A DNA stretch of 64,000 nucleotides from Yuukianura sp. NJ FZ-2021 (lineage: Eukaryota), in NCBI GenBank assembly GCA_046563655.1, contig CM102287.1, positions 8,742,001-8,806,000 on the forward strand, read 5' to 3'. Below are positions 36,445-46,225 of the stretch, piece by piece; the stretch's first letter is position 1; each line of letters opens with the position of its first letter. Below the pieces are notes generated by a model. It worked only from the letters and a program-made list of their open reading frames with translations, ran no database searches and was not told where the DNA came from. Position numbers and translations under genes: made by a program.

Positions 36445-38865
36445 TCAAAGTCCCAATCTTTTCTCCGCTGTGGCGTATGCTTGAAACCACTTTTTGACAT
36501 CATTTTCCTCTACTTCCGGTAAATACTTATTTTCAAAATAAAATTCCGTATTTGCCGCCTGCCAAATCATGAAGCCAGAAGTTCTATAAGTTCCGCTGTC
36601 CTTGGACCCTGTGCGCACAATCAAGTCCGGTTCAGGAAACGGTTGGTCATTTCCCCACAAATTTTGTGTAATTTGATCCGGTGAGGGAGGTCGAGAGGTC
36701 AAGGAACTCGTACTAGCCAACCTATCTACAGCATACACTATTTCTTCCCGCCCATCATAGTCAATTGCAATGTTAATTTGATGTGCAACTCTACCCGCTG
36801 TTAGCCTTTCAATTTCATTAATACATTCCATCATGTCTTCCGTAATACGTTCTTTTTTACCTACATGAGTAATTCGTGCAGAGTATTCATCTGCAATGTG
36901 CTTAAAGTGCTCAAAGTAAAATTTTACGACTTCACGAAGATTGTCGAGCTCAGCCTTCGGCCTTTTGAAATTACTTGCGCTCAATACCCAAAGTGTAACT
37001 GTATGGACTCCAAGACGAAAAGCTTCTCTGACAATTTTCTCAACTGCGTCTGCGCCGGCCCAGTGACCGCGCATGGTCGGAATGCCCTGACCTCTGGCCC
37101 ATCGTCTGTTACCGTCCGGAATCAACCCCATGTGCTTTACAAGCTGTTTTTCTGGATCAACTGGAATCTCCAAAATTTTCGGCTCAGCTGTAGTGATATC
37201 TTCTTTTTCAACAACTTTGGGCTCGGGCAACGGTTCGGTCAATTCCGTTTTGGACACGAAAGTTTCCGTGACCTGGTTGATTTTTTGATTGATTTCTTTG
37301 GCTTTTTCAATTTCAGCAAAAATTTTGACGGTGGTTTTATCCGGATTCCGCACAGGAGCTTCATGTACCTGCTTTTCTTTCTGTTGGTAGACTTCATTGA
37401 ACTCGATCAAGTCATAAGTACATCGGTCCGTCAATCCATAACGGTAGTCAAGCTCTTCGTGTAGAGGAATCATCAAGTCAGTTGCTCTGCCACAAGTAGA
37501 GACCATTTGCTCAACAAATTTGTCACCAGGAAAGGCTTTCATTAAGACTCTGCCGGCTTCCTTGGCTTGAAAGAAGTGCTCTTCCAGTAGTCGTACTGCT
37601 GTGTCAATTGCCTCTTGAAAAGGCATTGACTTTGCCAGAATCAAGATGGAGTTCATGGGCTCACCATCGTTCATTTCCTTGAGTAAACTGCTTATGTCGT
37701 TGGCAAACGTTTGTTGACGACTCAACGCATGGACGTAGTGGATGTATGCGGGATTCAATCTGACGTTTGTCGGAATCTCCATGCCTAGGTAGAGCCAGTA
37801 ACATTCCATTAGCATTGGAGTTGTGACGGAGTAGGTCCGGTGAGTCACATAAGCAGCCAAGTCGTCTCCTGGTGGAGCCATTATTTCGTTATGAAACGAT
37901 TCAATGCATCTGAAATAACGAAATTGACATTAATCGGATGTAAAAATAAAACGAAGGTAGTCAAGTAGCGACAACAAAGAAATAATTAAAATAAAACGAA
38001 GGTAGTCAAGTAGCGACAGAACAAAGAAATAATTGACTTTAACGCGGAATTAGTAAAAAAAAAATTCAATCGTCAAATTTGGCTCATAAAAAGTTTTTTA
38101 CAGTTTGCCTCGAGGTAAAAATTTTATAAATATTGTTCAGACAGACGGACGGACAGACAGACTCTTCAAAGTCATTAAGTAGCTGAGATTACTTAATCAA
38201 TTTAGTAATAAAATTTGCTTTTACCTCACAATTTCTTTGTGATAATGAATCCAACCGGGAAATTTGGAACATTCATAGCGCAGAAACATTGCTGCAGCCA
38301 CCGGAGCCCTCAAGTTTTCCGGTAACGATGGAATTTGTGACAAATGAGTCACGTGACCATCGAGCGCCGCTGTATAAATGTCAACCAGAGTTCGAAGATC
38401 TTTTTCTTCTGCATTCCAAGCCACGAACGTTTCTTCTATAAAGTACAACAGAAGGTTCATGGCGCCAACAATTTTGAAATTTTCTCTCGGTGCGTTTGCG
38501 TAGAGTCTTGAGTAGACCGTGATTGCTTCCAGTGACATATGTTCCGAGATTACATTCATTGTAGGATCACCAAAGTCCACTTCGAAGCCGAATTTCTCCA
38601 AACCGGCGGCTACAGTCATAACCAGTTCCATTGTTGCCTTAGGACCCAATGTTTTCTCGGCTTCAGTAGGCGGAAGTGACCTGATGTCCAGAAATGGCTC
38701 GAAGCAAAGGGAGTGGCCCTTTAAGTGCCCTGGGCCATAAATTGGATGTGTGATAATTCCGTAGTCAAAGTTAATTGCAACTGGCAAACCCTGATGCTTC
38801 GCTGGATGTGCTTTTCCGAGGACTCGGAACGATTCCACTTCCGTTTGCTGAGTCAATTTTGTCAT
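36445..38865 (-). CDS. Bifunctional class I terpene synthase / cis-prenyltransferase (UppS-like) fusion, 701 aa; exons 38865-38225 and 37909-36445
   Basis: GT-AG intron 38224..37910 joins the two ORFs in frame (EIVR/CIESFHNEIMAPP). Terpene synthase motifs: YVTHRTYS, FANDISSLLKE (NDxxSxxKE, 37701-37675), DYRY. cis-PT motifs from 37140: HMGLIPDGNRRWAR, GHWAG, TLWVLSASNFKRP, NIAIDYDGREEI, PDLIVRTG, RTSGFMIWQAANTE, C-terminal KRLGL. Confidence 0.92.
37941..38196. mobile_element. Helentron-associated (DINE-1/HINE-like) element filling most of the terpene-gene intron
   Basis: Tandemly duplicated ~45-bp head AAAATAAAACGAAGGTAGTCAAGTAGCGACA, a CAGA/CGGA microsatellite and a terminal hairpin TTAAGTA...TACTTAA. 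Confidence 0.55.
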
Positions 38866-39020
38866 GACGGAAATTTACTTTTTCGTTATTTTCAAAAAAT
38901 ATGTTAACTTTTCAAAAAATGTTTTTAAAGTTAATTTTTAATTGTTTGCAACTTTTGTTTTGTTTGTTTAACTTTGCAAATTTTGAATCTCAGATGAGTA
39001 TCTAGATTTCGTTTGCGTAA

Positions 39021-39063
39021 AACTGATTGTGAAAGTAACAGATCCAGAGTCACAGATTTTATA
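39021..39063 (-). promoter_or_regulatory. Putative TATA/Inr core promoter of the terpene synthase fusion gene
   Basis: Minus-strand TATAAAA at 39063-39057 with Inr-like TTACTT and TCAGTT about 27-39 nt downstream. CRE palindrome TGACGTCA at 39200-39207. Minus-strand AATAAA at 36295-36290 after the stop. Confidence 0.45.
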
Positions 39064-39309
39064 GAAAAACCCAAGTAACCCTCATCCCTCCTTTTGTTTT
39101 TTTTCTGACCATTTTTTGTACAATTTATTGTTAAAAGTAATTTGTAACTTGTGGAAATTCCTGTATTTTGCAGCCTTTACTTTCAAATGACCCCTACAAT
39201 GACGTCACTCCTTCCTGGTTTTCCATAATAATTTAAATTGTACAACTTTTTTTTTCAAAATTTCCCACTCTTTTAATGACTGATGAGTTATTACAATGTG
39301 TACGCAAAG

Positions 39310-39537
39310 CGGTTTCCGCTTGATGATGCATCACACGTGGCATTTTTTTGTGTTAATTTTTCATTATAACTTTAATTTCACAACCGACATGGAAAACCCA
39401 ACGATCTGTGTTTTACGCAATTCAAACCTTGTGAGTCCAAAGATCATAAAACAGGGTTTAAAAAAACAAAATTCAAAATTTTGGAATCAATTACACAAAT
39501 TGATTTATTACGAGGATAAATAGGATTTAAAACATGA
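39310..39537. repeat. ~225-bp dispersed repeat, copy 1 (copy 2 at 49723-49941)
   Basis: Collinear high similarity from CGGTTTCCGCTTG...CATCACACGTGGC to ...TTACGAGGATAAATAGGATTT. Confidence 0.9.
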
Positions 39538-40023
39538 TACACAAAAAGCAGGAGTCGGATCAGAATCTGTAGCAGGTTACGCCCTTGGTCCGCACCTAAA
39601 TCTCCATAAATTAAACCACAGACTACAAACTCTTATGTCAATTTTGAAAATATTGAACTACGTGTTATGCAAACACGTCAACTGCATAATAATTACGTCT
39701 GGCCGTCAAGCTTGGGATCTTCCAAAGGACGAGGCTATGTAAACGTGTTTTGGTTTTTGTTTCAACTGTTAGCATCATAGGAAAGGCCATTACTTTGGAA
39801 TTTTTTCGATCAATTAAGAATGTGGGATGTTGTAAGTATGACGAGTATGAAACTGGTTAGGCAAGTTTATGAAAATTTTGAAAAAATCTACCAATTTACG
39901 TCAACATGAAAATACATAAAATAAATGACATAAAAACCGGAAATCTTACAATTTGTTTATGTATAAAAACTGATGTGAATGAGTCGTTAAGTTTTGGAAC
40001 TTCAAGTAATTTGATTGGTTGTG

Positions 40024-40207
40024 AATGGGGAGCAAGCCAATTCATCGAATGAATTAGAACGAAGCGAATTTCTCCGAATGGATTTCCCCGAATGTGTCTA
40101 AATCTCTTTCGTTGCAATTCAACTTTCGTTGTAATTGGCTTTGTGGAAATTCATTCGGGAGAATTCCCTTCGTTGTAATTCATTCGATGAAATTGCATGG
40201 AACCATA
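40024..40207. mobile_element. Degenerate foldback MITE
   Basis: Long inverted arms TTCATCGAATGAATTAGAACGAAGCGAATTTCTCCGAATG versus CATTCGGGAGAATTCCCTTCGTTGTAATTCATTCGATGAA; no clean TSD. Confidence 0.65.
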
Positions 40208-40670
40208 TGAGTGTCATCATTGTACATAATAGGATTTATTTTGCCGGGTTGTTGTTCTATGTGTTTTATTGTCAAGTTTGGAATTTGGCGATTTTCACTT
40301 TGTAAATTTGTAATACAGTTCTGTATTTGCTGCTTTCTGTAAATTTGTTGGACTAGAAAGTCCTTGGAGTTTTATGCTGCGGGTAAATCAACCGTCAGAT
40401 CTCATCCAACATTAAATTAACACGGAAGTTGCCGTAGGTAGACCATTATTCTAAAAAGACAACCAAAAATTCCATAAAAATTCGTTTTTGAAGTTTTTGA
40501 CAACTCATTTTAGGAAATTGAGACGTGTAATTTTTTAACAACCTACTTTCGATAAATGTCAATTAAGCAGACTATATTTTTTTTGTGGGGGTCACTTATT
40601 CCTCTGTCGATCGAGAGAATTGAACTATTACTTTGGTTGACTTTGAAAGAAAGTTGTTTCAAAAATCGAA

Positions 40671-42023
40671 ATGAAAATTGTAAGTGTCAAAACTGTTCAA
40701 ATTTGTCACTTCATATCCGAGTTCGCTGGATTTTTTAAATCCACGCCTTACACATGGAAGATAAATTCAAACTTTCCTATTCTGCGGCCTAGGAAAGATC
40801 GGATCATTCGGCGGTGTATTGCACTTTTGTTCGTTTGCTATCAAATTTTTCTCATTGCCCTTCCAATCTTCAATCCATTTTCGAGCCGCGTAGGTGACTT
40901 TTCAAGTCATATTCGAGAAGTTACAAATTTCGTGTTATGTACAATATGCACTATCACTCAAGTATGGATGTTCGCTTACGAAAAAGAAAGTGTACTAACG
41001 TTACAAAGAACTTTTATGTACTTTCAACACATTGAACGTAAGTTGAACGTATTTAGCATCATACACATAACGTTTGACACTTAATAATCCAGTATGTATA
41101 TAAAATTTTTTAGGTACGTACTTAAATGTACGGAAAGCCCGCCCATATTGGCAACTTGAACTGGAACTGCTTCTCGCATTATGTGCTGGCGTGTGTATTA
41201 CCGGCCCGATACTTGGAGTTTTAATTTTACTAAATTTTCGTAATTTTGAATATGACGTCACCACATATTTCCCGCGCATTCATCCAGTATTCGACCTCTC
41301 TGCGCAACTCAGTCTAAATGCATTTATATATGTCACAGTTGGCAATTCCATTGTGGTAATTTGTGTAATCTGTGCTGTTTATATATACACTATGCTATTT
41401 ATCATACGCGAGATCAAGTAAGCCAAAACATTTTCCACTTAAAGTAAAACACAGTTACACAACTAATAAGTTTATCCTACGTTCTAAATTACGTTTTTGC
41501 ATGTTTTAGTATCAACAACAAGAAGACTTTGTGTACCAGAAGTGAAATGAGAGATGTTGAAGCTATTATTCAAATTTACAAAAATTTACAAATTTTGGTG
41601 CTCGAATTTGACTCTATGGTAGGTGAGTGGTTGTTGATGTTGGTCAATGACTTGATGATTGCCTTAACCGTAACATGTAACTTTATGGTCGTGCGATTTC
41701 ACCACACCCTACCCTATTCATCACTGGCACTTATGGGAATTGCATCTCTATGTGGTGTCGTATACCTGATAATATCATATCACAAATTTGGAGCTGTGTA
41801 TACATCATCACTTAAAGTCAAACTTGGACTTCGGCGGCACATTCAAAGGGCATACCACGGTCAATCTAAGCCTATCATACTCAGGGTCACCAAGTCCCTC
41901 CAACCCTTTAAAATTCACTTTGGCCTATTTTCATTTTATACAACGCTGGGCGCCCTACGCATCATGAACAAGACGCTGAACTACACAATGCGCTTTCTAA
42001 TTCTCACAAAGAAGTTTGTGTAA
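40671..42023 (+). CDS. Divergent GR-like chemoreceptor, YT(L/M)RFLILTK subfamily, copy 2; 3 exons
   Basis: Same intron positions as copy 1; C-terminus QPFKIHFGLFSFY...YTMRFLILTKKFV. Confidence 0.75.
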
Positions 42024-42394
42024 AGTGCAATGTTTTCAAGTACCGTATCACTAAAATTATATACAAATTTTTAAAAAAAATTGTTGGTAGAAGGAATAAG
42101 GCGGAAGGTTGACTCGGAAGTTGCAACCTTGGAATTCCCAGGTTTGAATAATTTCGTGTTTTTGGAAATTGAAAGCTTCAACAACTTTAATCAATATATC
42201 TGCGGCTCTTCGGACTTTATTGCACTTAAAAATTAAAAACGAGCTGAAGTTGAATTTCCTTTTTAGTCTCACCGAATATTAGTACTAATAGTCATAATAG
42301 TACCATAGTCAGAAGTTGGTGGAAAAATTCAGTCGCAAAATTGAAATTGGCAAATTCAGGTGGAACGACTAAAAAGTTTCAAATTAAAATCAAC

Positions 42395-43736
42395 ATGAAG
42401 ATAATTAGTAACAGGGCTGTTCAAACCTGTAGATTTATGGCCTACTACAGCAGTATTTTCAATTCAATCCCGTACAAATGGACGCTAAATTCAACACTTC
42501 CGGCTTTACATTCACGAAAACGTCGTATTTGGTGGCGCCTCTCTGTTCTGGGCTTTCTAGTTCACCAAATTTTTTTAACTGCAATGTTAGTCACCAAACT
42601 ATTTTCAAAAACGAAAAAGGGAATTTCCTCCAATGTACTGCAGAGTATGAACTATGTATGCTACATGATTGGCACACTCGTACAACTTTGGTGTCTGGTT
42701 AACGAAGAGGATGTTATCTTATTTGCAAAACGGAGCCTTACCTACTTCTACAAAATTGAAAGTAATGAAATAATTTTTTTTGTAAAACCTTAAAAAACTT
42801 AAAAAAAACTAAAATTTTTCTTGAAATCTCATTTTCCGTAGGTCTGTACGTTAAGCCCCGTTCACACCTACCTTTTTGGCAGCATGAAATTGACGTTATT
42901 AGTGTCATTTGCATTTGTCTATGTACGGTGAGTCCAACTTTGGGCGTCTTAATCTATTTACACTTCTCACCGTTGGAGTACGATATAACTACATATATAC
43001 CCCGTTTCTATGGTCCACTCAACACTTTTCTGCAAATAGTTATAAACAAATATTTATTTAGCGTAATTGCAAATGCAATGGCAATTATACTCATGATCGG
43101 AACAACTTGGGTGTACGCCGTCATATTCACAACAAATGAAATCAAGTGAGCCAAATATTTCCAAAATCTAAAATTTAAACCTAACTGTCGACCAATACTG
43201 TCCCTTGTTTGTGATTTTCCAGTATCAAGAAAACCACGAGCGTATACACACAGAACAAAATTCGGAAAATTGAAACCATTCTACAAACGTACACAAATTT
43301 GCAACTTACCGTGAAACATTTTGACTCACTCGCGAAAGAGTGGATTCTGATGATCGTCAATGACCTTATGATTGCCCTCACTGTTTTATGTAACTTCCTG
43401 ATGATTCGATTTCATCATTCCCAACCATATTCCTCACTGTCACTAATGTGCGGACTGTCTGTAGGTGCCATTTTGTTCCTTGTCTTAACGTACGACAAAT
43501 TTGGTCAAGTACATGCAAGTTCTTTAAAAACAAAACTTGCTCTTCAAAGATACATGCTTTGGTCAGGCCAAGTAGGGCAGTACAACGTACTTCTCAAGGT
43601 CACAAAGTCACTTCAACCTTTCAAAATTCATCTCGGAGGGTTTTCGTTTTATACGAAACGAAATACACCCAGAATTGTAAACAAAATTTTAACGTACACA
43701 ATGAGGTTTCTTATTCTCACGAAAAAATTTCTGTAA
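42395..43736 (+). CDS. Divergent GR-like chemoreceptor, YT(L/M)RFLILTK subfamily, copy 3; 3 exons
   Basis: MKIISNRAVQ start parallels MKIVSVKTVQ of copy 2; C-terminus YTMRFLILTKKFL. Confidence 0.75.
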
Positions 43737-43850
43737 ATCTATATCTTTCTATCTATCTATCTCTAATATGTATCTATATATATCTAATTTGTCTTTCTAT
43801 CTAAAATATGTCTAGCATGTCTATCTATCTAAAAATTTATCTAAAATGTA
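43737..43850. repeat. (TATC)n imperfect microsatellite
   Basis: Repeated tatc/tatct runs immediately after the receptor stop codon. Confidence 0.7.
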
Positions 43851-43860
43851 GATAAACATA

Positions 43861-44084
43861 CTGCGTGTCACATACAAAACTGAGCACCTTCAGCGTAAAC
43901 AACTTATTTATTTTTTAAATCATGAGGGGATTTCCGAACCAATTCCTGAATTATTGTAAAAGTTTCAAAAGTTACACTTGAAAAATATTGAAAAGTTTGC
44001 AAATTTCCCTCCATGTTTTGTAACTTTTGAAGTGGTTGCCATGAAAATGATTTTAGGGTGTTCAGTTTTAAGTGTGACACGCTG
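43861..44084. mobile_element. Tc1/mariner-type MITE
   Basis: TIR CTGCGTGTCACATACAAAACTGAGCACC / GGTGTTCAGTTTTAAGTGTGACACGCTG flanked by TA on both sides. Confidence 0.8.
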
Positions 44085-44338
44085 TAATATTTAAATACAT
44101 ATTTAATATCTATTTAAATCTCTTAAGAAAAAATTATACAAATATTAACAAGTAGTAGTAATATGTTAGGTTATTGTAGCATGTAATTGTAGCATGACCA
44201 AGCATTCTACTCTTACAAATCGCTTTTGCATATTGTTAACTACACAACTGACATGTTAAATAGTAAATATTTTAAAAAAATATACCTCAAGTGTAAAAAC
44301 ACAGTTTAACTTTTTGGGTTTTGGGAAACTACCGCAAA

Positions 44339-45882
44339 TTATGAAATAGGCTGCATTTCACTTCGTCTACGATCTGATTTTTTAGAACAGAAAATTAACC
44401 GCTTCAGCTCCTCTCTAAATTTGGAGCTCATGAAGCAGTAAAGAACAGCATTTGAAGCAGAAGTGAGTCCCGATAAAGTGTTGCTCGTGGCAACGAGTAC
44501 AGGCGGTGGTGGTGGTATAAACGTGTCGATCATATGAGTTATAATCGTTATAACGTTAGATACCAAAAATACTCCGACAATTGTAAACAAAATTTTTGTT
44601 ACTGAAACTTCAAGAGTTTGCGTCTGAGTCATGGTTCTACGTACGTCATTCATTTCTCGAATCTGAAAAATCAACAATAAGCAACATAAAAAACAAAAAC
44701 AACTTACAAAAACAAAAATAATTACTTGTTTTGTTTTGAGAAATAATTTTAATTACCCTGTTGTAGGTCAAAGACGTCGTAATTACAAGAATAGTCAAGG
44801 GAATTATTCTCATGACCGTGAACGACCCCCAATTGACGTAGTAAACTTGATATGCTTTGTTGTATGTTAAGTCTGTAAAACCCCATTCGTAGGCTACAAG
44901 CACATCCCCATCATATACTGGCCAACTTATTCTTTCAAACCACACTGGCAGATCATAAAAAATGGCAAACAGTAGCACTCCCGTACAGTAGATTTTGGAC
45001 CATTTCCAAGAAAACCATGTTGATTTCTTGAATGGATGACAAATGGCAATGTAGCGCTCGAAACTGGCCAATACGATACAGTAAACAGAAGCAACACGGG
45101 CTGGAAATGAAAACAAGAAAAAATGAAAAAAAATTTCAAGAAATTACGTCAGATCTGAAAATTTTTATTTGAAACCCTAACGAGGGAACATTCCCAACCG
45201 GATGTCAAGTTTTTGAATTTAAAAAATACAGGCATATTCTGTATGCCAAAAGAAAATTTTCTGCAGTAGTTTTGGTTGCCAACGTCAAAGAAAAGTACCC
45301 CGAGCTGGGCTCGAACTCATGGCCCACTCCAGAAAAAGAGAAAAAAAATATTTTATGCCGAATTATTCAACAGGTCGGGGTAATTTTTTTTTGGCGTTGG
45401 CAACCGAAACTAGTGCTAGAAAATTCTCTTTCGGCATACAAAATATTACTGTATTTTTGAAATTAAAAAACTTGACATCCGGTTGGGAATGTTCCCTCGT
45501 AAGTACCGGTTGTTCCAATTGAAAAGACTGACGGAGCGACAAATGGAAGAAAATATAGTAAGTAGTTGACCATTGTGCAATGATAAGCAAAAACACTTGC
45601 TAATCCATTGAGTAGAAGGAGATTGACTAGATATATTGTATCCATGGATATGAGAAGAGTTAGAAGAAAGTTAAACGTAGACCTCATGGAATGACGTGAG
45701 AGTACTACGACGGAAATCAAATTGACGCAAATTGCACAAATGCTTAAGATTGTCGCTGGGAGCCCTTCTGCTACATATAATTCCCAAGTTTCATATAAGC
45801 AAGTTGAAACGAGTTTCACTTGTGCAAAAGTAATGTTTTCTGCAGCAATTCCATGTGCTGCCCATACCTCTTCAATTCCCAT
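44339..45882 (-). CDS. Class A (rhodopsin-family) peptide GPCR, FMRFamide-receptor-like; exons 45882-45507, 45100-44757, 44662-44339
   Basis: NLISVVVL..MRSTFNFLL; SVYCIVLASFERYIAICHPF; TM7 SNAVLYCFMSSKFREEL; splice phases verified. Confidence 0.85.
45181..45499. mobile_element. MITE, PIF/Harbinger (same family as 5174-5416), in GPCR intron 1
   Basis: TIR CGAGGGAACATTCCCAACCGGATGTCAAG with TAA TSD (45178-45180, 45500-45502). Confidence 0.9.
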
Positions 45883-46225
45883 GCTTAAGAAAAAATGTGA
45901 AAAAACGTTTTTTAACAATTCTACACAACTGTTTTTCTCAATAATTTTGAATTGAACAAATTTTTAACTGAAGACGAAAATAAAATTGGTTAGAACTTTC
46001 GTTTGTTATTAATTAACGACTATTAATTTGCGGTTTCCGGAATAATTGAGTTTCCTCCAGCTTTACACTAATTAGAAGCGACGCACTTTTAGTCAACGCG
46101 CATGACAGACAACTTTTCAAAACAAAAATTATGCATTCGAAATTTATTTCAAGTTAATTTAAAGTTTCTACTGTTAAAAGTATGGTTAAGTATATTAACT
46201 AAAATTTCCAAATACTAACTTTCTT

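Noticed and set aside
36865..37464. 199-aa + strand ORF
   Set aside because: Antisense shadow of the terpene fusion gene; Phe-rich with no recognisable motifs.
37941..38034. Direct repeats resembling a CRISPR repeat pair
   Set aside because: Only two adjacent copies with no unique spacers, eukaryotic context and no cas genes; a simple tandem duplication.
36445..38865. Bacterial contamination or two separate genes as the explanation for the UppS-like ORF
   Set aside because: A canonical in-frame spliceosomal intron, a TATA box, an AATAAA signal, a host-type repeat in the intron and continuous animal genes on both sides support one integrated eukaryotic gene.
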